From Candidatus Micrarchaeia archaeon (lineage in GTDB: Archaea; Micrarchaeota; Micrarchaeia; Anstonellales; Anstonellaceae): DNA of 64,000 nucleotides. Below are positions 47,170 to 57,305 of this stretch, one piece after another. Made by a program: the position numbers and the translations under genes. The notes beneath the pieces were generated by a model. The model was not told the DNA's origin. It saw only the letters and a program-made list of their open reading frames with translations, and did no database searches. The stretch spans positions 4,281-68,280 of the forward strand of contig JBAZYD010000001.1 in assembly GCA_041659465.1 (NCBI GenBank), written 5' to 3'. Position 1 is the first letter of the stretch; each line of letters begins with the position of its first letter.

Positions 47170-47269
47170 TCAGTTCGCCTCGCGGTTGGGAAGCAAGGCT
47201 GCGGCTAGTCGCATTCATCGTCGCCCCATTGCTTTTCCTCGTTCCAGACAAATTGCATTTTCCCACTCC

Positions 47270-47440
47270 TTACTCGCCCCAGTCCTCTTCCACTCCGGGG
47301 GCCTTCTCAAGCTTTGCAGGAGCCACCGAGCGCACTTCGAGGCGCGTGCCGCAGTCAGGGCAGGAAAGTATCTCGCCTACCTCGGTGTTCGCAGCGATTG
47401 ATATAGGTGACGCGCATTCAGGGCATTCTGCATCTGCCAT
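47270..47440 (-). CDS. lysW: Amino-group carrier protein LysW/ArgW (copy 2, 56 aa). Absent from the supplied ORF track because it is under 60 aa
   Basis: Translation is MADAECPECASPISIAANTEVGEILSCPDCGTRLEVRSVAPAKLEKAPGVEEDWGE. It has an N-terminal zinc ribbon (C-x2-C...C-x2-C) and the diagnostic C-terminal EEDWGE tail. Confidence 0.75.
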   Translation of the reverse strand: MADAECPECASPISIAANTEVGEILSCPDCGTRLEVRSVAPAKLEKAPGVEEDWGE

Positions 47441-47554
47441 GGTATCATGCCTCCTGATAGGCTGTATGGCAAATGGTTTATATGAGTTTCGCCCGAATGA
47501 ACAAAAGCGTATTTTTAAGTTGTTTTTTCAACTATTTTAGTCATTTTTGAAATT

Positions 47555-48484
47555 TCAAATTACTAAATTAGTTGATTTGTTCAAATCAAGCCAGGCAAGG
47601 AGTCCTTTCTGCGCATGCAGCCGGTTTTCTGCCTGCTGGAACACCACGCTTTGCGGCCCGTCGATGACGCCTGCGCTCACTTCCTGCCCTCTGTGCGCAG
47701 GCAGGCAGTGCATGAATATTGCATCCTCCTTTGCGTAGGACATCATTTTGGCATCCACTGTGTAGCCTGAAAATTCATCGATGAGCGAGGCTGCGTCCTT
47801 TTCCATTCCCATGGACACCCAGGTGTCGGTGTAGATTGCGTCCGCGCTGCAAAGCGCTTCCTGCGGGTCTTCGGAGAAAACCACGCTTGCGCCGAATGCT
47901 TGCGCTTTCTTGACATACTCGGAAAGGGGCGCGTGCGTGCTTGGGCCTGTGAAAGAGACCGACACGCCTGCCATGGCGCACGCAAGCAGAAGCGAGTTTG
48001 CCACGTTGTTTTTGCAGTCGCCCACGAATGCGAGCTTTGCGCCAGGATGGAGCTTGCCGCATTCCTGCAGCGTGAGAAGGTCGGCAAGCGCCTGGCACGG
48101 GTGCTCGATGTCGGAAAGCCCGTTTATGGTGGGGACAGGGGAGCCTTTTGCAAGCTCCTCGATGTCCGAATGTGAGTTCACGCGCGCCATCAGGAAGTCG
48201 GCCATGGCACCTGCAGCGGCGCCGGTGTCGTAAAGAGTTTCACCGCGCGAACCTTGAGAGTCTGACATGGAAAGGAATATGGCATGCCCGCCCAAGTGTG
48301 TCATCGCCGTCTCGAACGAGACGCGCGTGCGCGTGCTGTTCTTGGCAAAGAACATGAGGAGCGTTTTGCCCAAAAGCAATGGCTGGCTTTTGCCTTGCTT
48401 GTGCGCTGCCTTGAGGGAGGAAGAAAGCGAGAGCATCTCCATAAGCTGCGGCTGGGAGGCATCCGAGATTTTGAGGAAATCCAT
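47555..48484 (-). CDS. argF: Ornithine carbamoyltransferase
   Basis: STRTR carbamoyl-phosphate-binding motif, the HCLP motif, and ~309 aa length. Confidence 0.88.
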   Translation of the reverse strand: MDFLKISDASQPQLMEMLSLSSSLKAAHKQGKSQPLLLGKTLLMFFAKNSTRTRVSFETAMTHLGGHAIFLSMSDSQGSRGETLYDTGAAAGAMADFLMARVNSHSDIEELAKGSPVPTINGLSDIEHPCQALADLLTLQECGKLHPGAKLAFVGDCKNNVANSLLLACAMAGVSVSFTGPSTHAPLSEYVKKAQAFGASVVFSEDPQEALCSADAIYTDTWVSMGMEKDAASLIDEFSGYTVDAKMMSYAKEDAIFMHCLPAHRGQEVSAGVIDGPQSVVFQQAENRLHAQKGLLAWLDLNKSTNLVI

Positions 48485-48493
48485 GCAATCGCC

Positions 48494-49360
48494 CTAGTTC
48501 TTTGCAGATGATATTGCGAATGCCGCGATTTTCTGCGCAACGTCGTGTATCTTCGCCCCTGATGACTTTGAGAACTCCGGCGAGTGGTTCACTTCAAGCA
48601 CGAAAAACCCGCCTTGCTTGTCCTCAATCAAGTCTATGCCGTAGATGCCGCTTCCTAGCAGCTTGCCCACCTTGTGCACGGTCTCAGCCATTTCAGGAGA
48701 AAGGGAAAATCCGCTTGCAGTGCCGCCGGCATTCAGGTTGGTGAGGAATGCATCGGGCGTGGAGGCGCTTCGGAATACTGAAAGAGCTATTTCATCGCCC
48801 ACCAGGAGCACGCGTATGTCCCGGCCTGGCTTGTCCACGTATTCCTGGATATAGTATATCTTGTCGGTGAAGTGCCCGAGGGAGCTTTTCAGCCCCACCA
48901 CGGCCTGCGCGCACTCCGCGTCGGTGACTTTGTACACCATCCGGCCCCAGCTCCCTATGGGCGGCTTGATGACGCAGGGATAGCCCATGCTGCTCGCAGC
49001 TGCAAGCGCGGACTGCGCGGAGAACGCCAGCATCACTTTAGGCGTGGGAATCCCTGCCTTGGAAAGCTTTGCGCTGCAAAGCACCTTGTCCCCGCACACC
49101 TGCTGGGAGGCGTGCGAGTTCATGACATGGATGCCGTGCTGCTCAAGCAGGAATGAGAGGCAAAGCGAGCGGGAAAAGCTGCTGGAGCGGCAAAGTAGCG
49201 CGTCCAGCCCGGCGTGCTCCTCGGAAAGCGCGTGGAGCATGAATTGCTCGCGCTCGTCGTTTACCAGGACGGCGTCCGCCCCGCTGTTCTCAAGCGCCGA
49301 CTTTATCGCCGCGTTCTCGGGAGTGAGCATGGTGATAGCCATGCCTATCTTGGATGGCAT
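48494..49360 (-). CDS. lysX: RimK-type ATP-grasp ligase (LysX/ArgX paralogue 1)
   Basis: ATP-grasp motifs VIKPPIGSWGRMV and DLIEDKQGGFFVLEVNHSPEF. It follows lysW copy 1. Confidence 0.78.
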   Translation of the reverse strand: MPSKIGMAITMLTPENAAIKSALENSGADAVLVNDEREQFMLHALSEEHAGLDALLCRSSSFSRSLCLSFLLEQHGIHVMNSHASQQVCGDKVLCSAKLSKAGIPTPKVMLAFSAQSALAAASSMGYPCVIKPPIGSWGRMVYKVTDAECAQAVVGLKSSLGHFTDKIYYIQEYVDKPGRDIRVLLVGDEIALSVFRSASTPDAFLTNLNAGGTASGFSLSPEMAETVHKVGKLLGSGIYGIDLIEDKQGGFFVLEVNHSPEFSKSSGAKIHDVAQKIAAFAISSAKN

Positions 49361-49537
49361 TCACTCACCAAAGTCCTCCTCGATGTGAGGAGCCTTGCCA
49401 ATGGCCAGCGGCTGGAGCGAGAGTATCTCGAGCAGCGTGCCGCAGCACGCGCAGGACATTATCTCCCCAGTCTCGGCCTTTTCAGGCAATTCCTTTTCAG
49501 CCCCGCAGTCAGGGCATTCTATTTTCCCTTGCAACAT
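49361..49537 (-). CDS. lysW: Amino-group carrier protein LysW/ArgW (copy 1)
   Basis: MLQGKIECPDCGAEKEL...MSCACCGTLLEI...HIEEDFGE shows the zinc ribbon plus the acidic EDFGE C-terminus. Confidence 0.7.
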   Translation of the reverse strand: MLQGKIECPDCGAEKELPEKAETGEIMSCACCGTLLEILSLQPLAIGKAPHIEEDFGE

Positions 49538-49663
49538 CAAAACCACCTCTGGCGATTTGTGAGGCAGACTTGTCAAGAGAGCCGGATTTAAAAGCTCCGT
49601 GGCAGGGAAGACAGAAGAAGAACAGGATGTTTTATATGGGACATTATCGCTTTTGCTTGGGGA

Positions 49664-50089
49664 TTACTTCCACTTCTTGAGCACCATGTTTGTCTTTGTC
49701 GCCGTGATTTCAGGGTGGTGGCGCAGCGCGTCTATCCTGCGATTGAGCTCCTCCATGTCTGGCGCGGCGAGGCGCACCACAAGGTCGGTGTCGCCGGAAA
49801 TCTCGAAAAGCGCGGTGATGCCGGGCGCGTGCATGAGCTCCTTTATTATCTTCTCGGAAGTCGCAGAGGGGAGGAATGTGACAAAGACAATCGCCTGGAC
49901 TGCGCCGCCTTCCTCGACATCAACTGTGAAGCGGCGTATCACGCCGCGCGTGACCAGGTTTGCCACGCGCCTTCTCGCGGCAGGCTCGGATAGGCCGACC
50001 TTTTTCCCGAGCGCAACGTTTGCAATGCGCGCATCCTCGCGGAGGATTTCGAGAATCTTGCGGTCGATTTCGTCAAGTTTCCATGCCAT
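49664..50089 (-). CDS. lrp: Lrp/AsnC-family transcriptional regulator
   Basis: N-terminal HTH (LDEIDRKILEILREDARI...VALGKKVGLSEPAARRRV) and a C-terminal RAM domain. Confidence 0.85.
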   Translation of the reverse strand: MAWKLDEIDRKILEILREDARIANVALGKKVGLSEPAARRRVANLVTRGVIRRFTVDVEEGGAVQAIVFVTFLPSATSEKIIKELMHAPGITALFEISGDTDLVVRLAAPDMEELNRRIDALRHHPEITATKTNMVLKKWK

Positions 50090-50195
50090 ATCCGCCTTTT
50101 TGTGCGAAAAGGATTAAATTGTAGGCTAAAGAGTTGCGAAAGAGTGGTTTAAGATAGTATTTTAAGCGGATAGTGCCCGAATTCGCGCAAGAGGT

Positions 50196-51311
50196 GTGGG
50201 AATGATTAGCGCAATTCCAAAAGGAACGATTGAAATACGCGGAAAGAAATACGAGAAGCAGAGAGTCTACTTCAAGGGGGAGAACGGGAAGGAAAGCAAG
50301 GTGACTGCATTGGGCTGCTTTTTCAGGGGCATGCAGTACAGCCCAAACAGGCTTGATGAGTTCAATAGCGGCACCTATGCCATGGGAGAGCTGGCGCGCG
50401 AGCTTATGCGCGGGGTGAAGGAAAGCCGCGCCACCGCGGGGAGCACAATGGGCGCGCAGGTGGAATATGCCAAAAAGCTGCATGAATCCGGGCTGCTGGA
50501 CGGAAACGACGTTGCTTTCAAGATGCTCGAGGCAGGCAGGGTGACCAACTACTATGCCGCTTTCATCCTCTGGAACAAGGTGCCGGATGATAAAAAGAAC
50601 GCGCTTGTCGCGCTCTCATATCTTCCGAAAGCGCTGGTCCACAACCACATCAGGGATAACTTTGTACAGTTTGTGGAAAATTTCCAGCCAAGCCTTAGCA
50701 TATTTACGATGCCCAACATCCGGGAAATTGCAGACACGCTGGTTGAGCAGCTGAAAGAGGGGCGCGCGAACGAGCTTGGCGGCAAGCAGATTGCAAAGCT
50801 GACAGCGCTTATGTGCAGCCTCGGCGCGCTGAACGATGCGATGGGCATTGACACGGCGCTTTTGGGCAAGATAATCGCCGCAGGGGAAAAGGAAGGCATC
50901 CAAGGCAAGGTGGGGATAATCAAGGCGCTTGCAGAGGCATACCAGAGCGAGGGTGCAAATGAGGCGGCAGCGAGATATTTCACAAGCAGCGAAACCGGCG
51001 CCTTATTGCCAAAGGAAATGAAGCCCGAGGAGCTGCTTGAGCTTGCCCGGGGGTTCATGGCGTTTGAAAATGGCAAAGGGGCGCAGGAAGTGATGCTGTC
51101 GGCGATTAATTCCAATTTGGAGAGGCTCAGGCACCTCAGCAGCGACATCTCGCAGGAATGGAAGCTGGAAATGTGCAGCTTGCTCTCCGATGAGAATGTT
51201 GCGAAAAAAACGCATGGCTTGGAGGATGGCCAGAGGGCAGGCCTGATTGCAGCCTCGAAAACTGCGGGCAGCATAGTTCCCATGAAGGGAGTGAAGTGGA
51301 TTGAGATTTGA
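50196..51311 (+). CDS. Hypothetical protein
   Basis: 371-aa ORF with normal composition and no motif recognised. Confidence 0.5.
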   Translation: MGMISAIPKGTIEIRGKKYEKQRVYFKGENGKESKVTALGCFFRGMQYSPNRLDEFNSGTYAMGELARELMRGVKESRATAGSTMGAQVEYAKKLHESGLLDGNDVAFKMLEAGRVTNYYAAFILWNKVPDDKKNALVALSYLPKALVHNHIRDNFVQFVENFQPSLSIFTMPNIREIADTLVEQLKEGRANELGGKQIAKLTALMCSLGALNDAMGIDTALLGKIIAAGEKEGIQGKVGIIKALAEAYQSEGANEAAARYFTSSETGALLPKEMKPEELLELARGFMAFENGKGAQEVMLSAINSNLERLRHLSSDISQEWKLEMCSLLSDENVAKKTHGLEDGQRAGLIAASKTAGSIVPMKGVKWIEI

Positions 51312-51350
51312 GGGCGCCCGGGCATAGGTATATAATTTTGAAAAGCCCGA

Positions 51351-52703
51351 TTGCACCCCGATAGCATGGGAATCCCAAGAATCAGGCAGGACGAGATTGC
51401 AGGCAAGGCAAAGCTTTACGCGGCGCTGCTATTTTTCGCGCTTGCGCTTCTCTTGTTCCTGTCGGTTTTCCGCGCGAGCATCTTCACGGATGTTTCCGAG
51501 GGCAAGAAAATCTGGTTCGAGCTTTCCTTCCTTTTCCTTGCAGCGATAACCGCTGAGATGCTGGTATCCTACCTTCGGCAGCCGCTTGTCATGGTGCTTC
51601 TTCTTGTGGGCGTTGCCATCTCGCCTTCCATGATTTCCGCAGCCTATTCGTTCCTGGGCGGGACAGGAAGCGCGCCTGTGCTTGTGGGCACAAGCGAGAT
51701 TGTGATGATATTTGCAAAGCTTGGCGCCATTCTCCTGCTTTTCAAGATTGGCCTCCATTCGGAAACCAGGAAGATTTTCAACCTGAAGAACCTCGCGATT
51801 GCAGCGTGCGGCGTCATTGTGCCTTTCCTTGGCGGCTATTTGTTTGCAATTGCAGGCGGGCATGATTTCTACTATGCGATGTTTTTGGGAGCTGCGCTCA
51901 CTGCCACATCGGTTGGCGTGACGGTCGCGGTGCTTGAGGAGCTTCGCCTCATGCAGTCGGACATGGCGCAGGCGCTTTTGGGCGCGGCGGTGATAGACGA
52001 CGTGCTGGCGCTCCTTGTGCTGTCATTTGTCTTGCAGGCGCCATCGGGCGCGGGCGCCTTTTTCGCGCTTGCCTCGATTGCAGGCACTGCGTTTGTGTTC
52101 GTGGTGGGAGGCATATTGCTCGGGAAGTTCGTGGTGGAAAACTACTTTGACCCCATGGCCGGAGGGGGGAAGGGCGGCAGCAGGGGATTCCTTGCAATGC
52201 TGATGTACCTTCTCTTCTATGCGTATGTTGCGGAATACATAGGCCTGTCAGCCATTGTGGGCGCGTTCGTGGCAGGCATCAGCATGGGCTACAGCAGGAA
52301 AGTGGGCGAGGTCCAGGGGATGTTTTATCCTCTTGAGGCGCTTTTCACGCCCGTGTTTTTCATTTCGCTTGGCCTCCTGGTTGACGTGAACGCGCTTGCG
52401 GCAAACTGGCTGCCCATACTTGCCATAACCGCGATTGCCATAATCACGAAAATAATCGGCTGCGGCGCAGGCGCGCTTGCAGTCGGCGTGAAGGCGCGCG
52501 ACTCGCTTGCGATAGGAGTTGGGATGATTCCGAGGGGAGAGATTGCGCTCATCATCGGCTTGTACGGGCTTACCGCGCTCACGCCATCAGGCGCGCCCGT
52601 TCTTGGCGCGGCAGAATATGCAACGATTGCGTCCATGGCGTTCCTTACCACGATAATCGCGCCTGCGGCAATACAGGCGGTTGCAAAAGCGGGGCGAAGA
52701 TGA
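51351..52703 (+). CDS. Monovalent cation:proton antiporter (CPA family, Kef/NapA-type Na+(K+)/H+ exchanger)
   Basis: About 12 TM helices with the family-typical GIDDV-like region and Gly-rich helices. Confidence 0.75.
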   Translation: MHPDSMGIPRIRQDEIAGKAKLYAALLFFALALLLFLSVFRASIFTDVSEGKKIWFELSFLFLAAITAEMLVSYLRQPLVMVLLLVGVAISPSMISAAYSFLGGTGSAPVLVGTSEIVMIFAKLGAILLLFKIGLHSETRKIFNLKNLAIAACGVIVPFLGGYLFAIAGGHDFYYAMFLGAALTATSVGVTVAVLEELRLMQSDMAQALLGAAVIDDVLALLVLSFVLQAPSGAGAFFALASIAGTAFVFVVGGILLGKFVVENYFDPMAGGGKGGSRGFLAMLMYLLFYAYVAEYIGLSAIVGAFVAGISMGYSRKVGEVQGMFYPLEALFTPVFFISLGLLVDVNALAANWLPILAITAIAIITKIIGCGAGALAVGVKARDSLAIGVGMIPRGEIALIIGLYGLTALTPSGAPVLGAAEYATIASMAFLTTIIAPAAIQAVAKAGRR

Positions 52704-53329
52704 TGTATTCCAACAGCAAAAAAACAGGGCATTGGAACGTTGAAGTAAAGCACTGGAACGACCCTGGGCAATGCTATGTAGGGCAAAACAAGCACGATTT
52801 TGCCGACCGCAAGAAGAAAGAGGACGCGGACAGCCTGTTTCGGAGCGGGATGGCTGCGCTCATGCAAGGGAAGCTGAGAAAGGCAAAAAATGAATTCAAC
52901 CTGTGCCTTTCGCACAACCTCGCGCACAGGCAGGCGCCCGAGCACCTGGAAGTGGTGGAATTCTGCTCAAAGTCGCAGCGCGTGGCGAATGCGGCGATAA
53001 AGTTCCTCGGCAAGAAAGGCATGCTTTTCAAATTGGACGGCGAAAGCGCCAAGGCGGTAAAAGCCGGGATGGCGCACGCTGGATTTGACACAAAAAGCGC
53101 GGCAGTGGCATTCGGGATCGGGCAGGCGTACCTTGCAATGGGCAAGACGCTTGACATGAACGTTTGGGCAAGAAACGAGTTTGAGCGCGCGCTTTCACTT
53201 CTTGGCAGCTCAAGGGCGGAGAAATACATGAAGGCGGCAGTGCACAGGATTTACGCGCAGGCTGAGAACGAGGAATTCCACCGGGCACAGATGCGCAGGC
53301 TGGACCCGCACATACCGGCTGATTGGTGA
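52700..53329 (+). CDS. Hypothetical protein
   Basis: 209-aa ORF with a 4-bp overlap with the antiporter gene. No motif. Confidence 0.45.
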   Translation: MMYSNSKKTGHWNVEVKHWNDPGQCYVGQNKHDFADRKKKEDADSLFRSGMAALMQGKLRKAKNEFNLCLSHNLAHRQAPEHLEVVEFCSKSQRVANAAIKFLGKKGMLFKLDGESAKAVKAGMAHAGFDTKSAAVAFGIGQAYLAMGKTLDMNVWARNEFERALSLLGSSRAEKYMKAAVHRIYAQAENEEFHRAQMRRLDPHIPADW

Positions 53330-53407
53330 ATTTTTAATACCTTGGTCGCAAAAGGCGAATAGCGCGGATGTCCGCATGCCTGCAGGCATTGGGCACCGCA
53401 TTAACAT

Positions 53408-53503
53408 GCGGATGTAGTATAACCTGGCTAGTATTTTGGCCTTCCATAATTTGGTTCTGCTTGAAGAAAGTCAAAGGTCCGGGTTCAAATCCCGGCATCC
53501 GCA
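53408..53503 (+). tRNA. tRNA-Gly (anticodon TCC) with a ~22-nt intron after anticodon-loop position 37
   Basis: Acceptor GCGGATG/CATCCGC. D-stem GTAT/GTAT with G.U pairs. Anticodon arm TTGGC-CTTCCAT. T-arm CCGGG-TTCAAAT-CCCGG. Total 96 nt versus ~74 expected. Confidence 0.7.
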
Positions 53504-53629
53504 TTTTATTTTTATACGGCTGAAGAGGCACACATTTAAATTCTGCTGCCGCCATAATGCCTTGTGGGGGTCGGCAAGGCAAATTGATTGGTCTAGCCTG
53601 GGGACTTTTCCACGTTCGGAGGTTTTTCC

Positions 53630-54949
53630 ATGGTGGTGTCGCCTATTGAAAGCCGTTACAGTACAGGCATGAACTCTCTTTTTGACGAGTCTGCGCGCAT
53701 AGGCTCATGGATGGAGGTAGAGGTTGCGCTTGCGCGCGCGCATGCCAAGCTTGGCAACATGCCATCTGCCGCCGCTGAGGAAATCGCGGCGGGGGCAAAA
53801 AAGGTTGCACTTTCGCGCGTGAATGAAATAGAGGCGGAAATACACCATGACCTGATGGCAATGGTGAAGGCATTGGCCGAAAAATGCCCGAAATACGGGG
53901 GCTTTGTGCACCTTGGCGCAACTTCCTATGATATTGAGGACACTGCTACAGGCTTGACAATGAAGCGCGCGATTGGCATTGTGCGAAAGGAGCTGCTTGA
54001 GACAAAGGCAATCCTTCGGAAGCGCGCAAAGGAAACTGCCTCGCTTGTCTGCATTGGAAGGACGCACGGGCAGCACGCAGTGCCCACCACATACGGCATG
54101 AAGTTCGCGATTTGGTACACCGAGGTGAAACGCGACCTTGCCAGGCTGGATGCGGCTGAGGAAATCATCTCGGTGGGCAAGATGGCAGGCGCTACAGGCA
54201 CCATGGCGACATTTGGCGGCAAGGGAAGGAAGATGCAAGAGCTTGTCATGAAGGAGCTCGGCTTGAAGGCAGCCGAAGTGTCCAACCAGGTGGTGCAGAG
54301 GGACAGGCATGCGCAGGTGATGTTCACCCTTGCGCTCACTTGCGCCACGCTTGAGAAAATCGCCAAGGAGCTGAGGAATCTGCAGAGAAGCGAGATACTC
54401 GAGGTTGCAGAGCCGTTCGGAGCAAAGCAGGTGGGCTCGTCCACCATGCCGCAGAAGAGGAACCCGCACAAGAGCGAGCGCGTGTGCTCCATTGCGCGCA
54501 TGGTGAGGGGCAATGTCGCGGTTGCGATGGAAAACATCGCCTTGGAGCATGAGCGCGACCTCACCAACTCGGCAAACGAGCGGTTCATCTTCCCTGACAG
54601 CTTCATTCTCACGCACTACATAATACTGGAGATGAACAGGATACTGGGAGGGCTCACGTTCTACCCTGGGAACATTGAGAAAAACCTAAACCTCACCGGC
54701 GGCGCGGTGCTTTCCGAGCGCGTGATGATTGCACTCACTGAAAAAGGCATGGGAAGGCAGGAGGCGCACGAGCTCATGAGAACCTGCAACATCGAGGCGT
54801 TCGAGGGAAGGAAAAAGCTTTTGGATGTCCTTTGCGCGAGGAAGGAAGTCACCTCGCTCATCCCAAAGGAGGAGTTGGCGCGCCTGTTCGACCCGCACAC
54901 GTACATAGGGGAGGCAAAGGAAATCGTGGAGGCGGCAATCAAGGAATAG
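53630..54949 (+). CDS. purB: Adenylosuccinate lyase
   Basis: The fumarate-lyase signature GSSTMPQKRNP plus the PurB C-terminal domain. Confidence 0.9.
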   Translation: MVVSPIESRYSTGMNSLFDESARIGSWMEVEVALARAHAKLGNMPSAAAEEIAAGAKKVALSRVNEIEAEIHHDLMAMVKALAEKCPKYGGFVHLGATSYDIEDTATGLTMKRAIGIVRKELLETKAILRKRAKETASLVCIGRTHGQHAVPTTYGMKFAIWYTEVKRDLARLDAAEEIISVGKMAGATGTMATFGGKGRKMQELVMKELGLKAAEVSNQVVQRDRHAQVMFTLALTCATLEKIAKELRNLQRSEILEVAEPFGAKQVGSSTMPQKRNPHKSERVCSIARMVRGNVAVAMENIALEHERDLTNSANERFIFPDSFILTHYIILEMNRILGGLTFYPGNIEKNLNLTGGAVLSERVMIALTEKGMGRQEAHELMRTCNIEAFEGRKKLLDVLCARKEVTSLIPKEELARLFDPHTYIGEAKEIVEAAIKE

Positions 54950-55049
54950 GAATGGAGCAGCAGCCCGTCTTTTTTGGAAGCGTCGCTGCCCCTTGTTTTG
55001 AATAGGCTGGCGCGTGCCTGCCTTGGGAAGCCGTTGCTGGCAGAGCGCC

Positions 55050-55844
55050 CTACTGCTTGGCAGTGGCTTCCAAGCTGATTATCCCGCCAGCAGGGAGGCT
55101 GGGCGGGAGCGTGCAGACGCTCAAGTGCGGGTGGGCAGAATAGTGCCCGAAGACCAGGAGGCCGACATATTTTGGTAGCCTGTCCAGAACCCGGACATCA
55201 TTGCCAGGCAGGGAAATCTCCTCGCCCAAAGGGATACCGAAATCATTGCCTGCATGATAATACCCATTGCCGGCAGGGAAGTGCCGGAAAAGGCGGATGC
55301 TGCCCTTGTCGACGATATCATACGTTATCGTGCTTCCCTTTTTGCGTGGGATGATGAGCTCGCGCCCGTCTGCAAGAAAGCCGTGGTTCACGGCAAGGAT
55401 TGCATCCTTTTCATTCCGGTAGTCGATTGGGACCTCGAGGCGGTAGGATATCTCGGTTCGTGAGTCCTTGTATTCCACCAAGTCGCCAAGCTTTGCGCCG
55501 CCTTCCCTGAAAGCCACGAGCGTGCCGTTCCGCGCAGGGAGGGCTTCCTTATACAGTTGCCAGGCATCATTCATATTTCCATCAGGGAGGTTGTGGAGCC
55601 TGTCGGATTCCTTGTTGCTTAAAATCCTCCCTTTTATCGAGCCTTCGGGCTCAATTGCATTTATTCCCGCTTTCACAAGCTCAACATTGAGCAGGCGTGT
55701 GAATTCCAAAAGATGCTTTTTTTCCAAAATGACTTTGTTTATGGGGGTTCCGTTTGCTATCCGGATTAGGCCGTCCTGCGCCAGCCCCTTGCCTTTGCCG
55801 CACTGTGCAAGCACTATAACGTTTGACATGTGATACGCCTCCAC
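55050..55844 (-). CDS. Hypothetical protein (possibly a divergent metallophosphoesterase-like protein)
   Basis: 264-aa ORF. VNHGF and GHYSAHPH are reminiscent of phosphoesterase motifs, but the N-terminal motifs are missing. Confidence 0.4.
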   Translation of the reverse strand: MEAYHMSNVIVLAQCGKGKGLAQDGLIRIANGTPINKVILEKKHLLEFTRLLNVELVKAGINAIEPEGSIKGRILSNKESDRLHNLPDGNMNDAWQLYKEALPARNGTLVAFREGGAKLGDLVEYKDSRTEISYRLEVPIDYRNEKDAILAVNHGFLADGRELIIPRKKGSTITYDIVDKGSIRLFRHFPAGNGYYHAGNDFGIPLGEEISLPGNDVRVLDRLPKYVGLLVFGHYSAHPHLSVCTLPPSLPAGGIISLEATAKQ

Positions 55845-56018
55845 TGCGCATCAGCGGCAAAGAATTTATAAATGCTGTGGTAATATGTAAAAAATTGGAT
55901 GACGGGAGAATCGCCTTCATCCAGGAACAGTGTGCACGTTTTTTAAGCTCTTGAGTGGAAATGCCCTTGCTGGGAGGAAGGGATTTTAACTGCGCCTAGC
56001 CTTGAGACTTGGCGCAGG

Positions 56019-57281
56019 GTGGGGGCTGGTGAGCACATGTCGTTTTTGCAAAAAATGGACCCGGAAATCTACGGAATCATGCGCTTGGAGCTTTCGCGCC
56101 AGCGAGAGGGCCTTGAGCTTATCCCCTCCGAGAATTTCACCTCGCTTGCAGTGATGGAGGCGCAGGGAGGGGTGATGACAAACAAGTACGCCGAGGGCTA
56201 CCCTGGCAAGAGATACTACGGAGGGAACGAGTTCATCGACCAGTCCGAGGCGCTTGCCATAGGGCGCGCGAAGAAGATATTCCATGCAGACCATGCAAAC
56301 GTGCAGCCGCACGCAGGCTCGCAGGCGAACATGGCGGCATATTTCGCGCTTCTGCAGCCAGGCGACAAGGTGATGGGGCTCAATTTGTCATCAGGCGGGC
56401 ACCTGACGCACGGCTCGCCAGTGAATTTCTCTGGAAAGGTGTACAATGTCGTGCCTTACAATGTGGACGAAAAAACGCACCTGCTTGATTTTGGCGCAAT
56501 GGAAAAACAGGCTAAGGAGGAAAAGCCCAAGCTCATAGTGGCAGGCTTCACAGCATATCCTAGGCAGGTGGACTTCAAGCGCTTCCGCGAGATTGCGGAT
56601 GCAAGCGGCGCTAAATTGATGGTGGACATGGCGCACATTGCAGGCCTGATTGCAGGCGGAGCGCACATGCAGCCGTTCCCCTACGCAGATATTGTCACAT
56701 CCACCACGCACAAGACGCTGCGCGGCCCGCGCGGCGCCATCATACTTTGCAGGCAGGAATACCAGGTGCAGATTGACAAGGCTGTTTTCCCGGGGCTGCA
56801 GGGCGGGCCGCTTGAGCACGCGATTGCAGCAAAGGCGGTTTGCTTCCACGAGGCAATGCAGCCGGAGTTCTCGCAATACGCGCACCAGATTGTGAAGAAC
56901 GCAAAGGCAATGGCGGACGAGTTGATGGCGCAGGGCATGGTGCTGGTGTCAGGCGGCACGGACACGCACCTGCTTCTAATCGACCTTCGCAACATGAATA
57001 TCACGGGCAAGGAGGCGCAGCTTGCGCTTGACGAGGCAGGGATTACCTGCAACAAGAACACCGTGCCCTATGACACGCAGTCGCCTTTCATCACTTCAGG
57101 CATTCGCCTTGGCACGCCCGCGCTCACCACGCGCGGCATGTTGGAGGGCGAGATGAAGGAAATCGCGAGGATGATAAAGCGCGTGTGCAGCGCGCACACC
57201 GATGCTGCGCTTAAGCAGAAGGTGAGGCAGGAAGTGCTTGCGATGACTGGTAGGTTCCCGCTTTACCCTGAGCTTGGATGA
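56019..57281 (+). CDS. glyA: Serine hydroxymethyltransferase
   Basis: The PLP-lysine region [14 protein letters not shown] and length. Alternative start at 56037. Confidence 0.92.
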   Translation: MGAGEHMSFLQKMDPEIYGIMRLELSRQREGLELIPSENFTSLAVMEAQGGVMTNKYAEGYPGKRYYGGNEFIDQSEALAIGRAKKIFHADHANVQPHAGSQANMAAYFALLQPGDKVMGLNLSSGGHLTHGSPVNFSGKVYNVVPYNVDEKTHLLDFGAMEKQAKEEKPKLIVAGFTAYPRQVDFKRFREIADASGAKLMVDMAHIAGLIAGGAHMQPFPYADIVTSTTHKTLRGPRGAIILCRQEYQVQIDKAVFPGLQGGPLEHAIAAKAVCFHEAMQPEFSQYAHQIVKNAKAMADELMAQGMVLVSGGTDTHLLLIDLRNMNITGKEAQLALDEAGITCNKNTVPYDTQSPFITSGIRLGTPALTTRGMLEGEMKEIARMIKRVCSAHTDAALKQKVRQEVLAMTGRFPLYPELG

Positions 57282-57305
57282 ATGAATGCAGGATAGCTTC
57301 GCTGG

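Noticed and set aside
49599-50117. 172-aa ORF (+) overlapping the lrp gene on the opposite strand
   Set aside because: Antisense to a well-supported Lrp/AsnC regulator. Poor composition.
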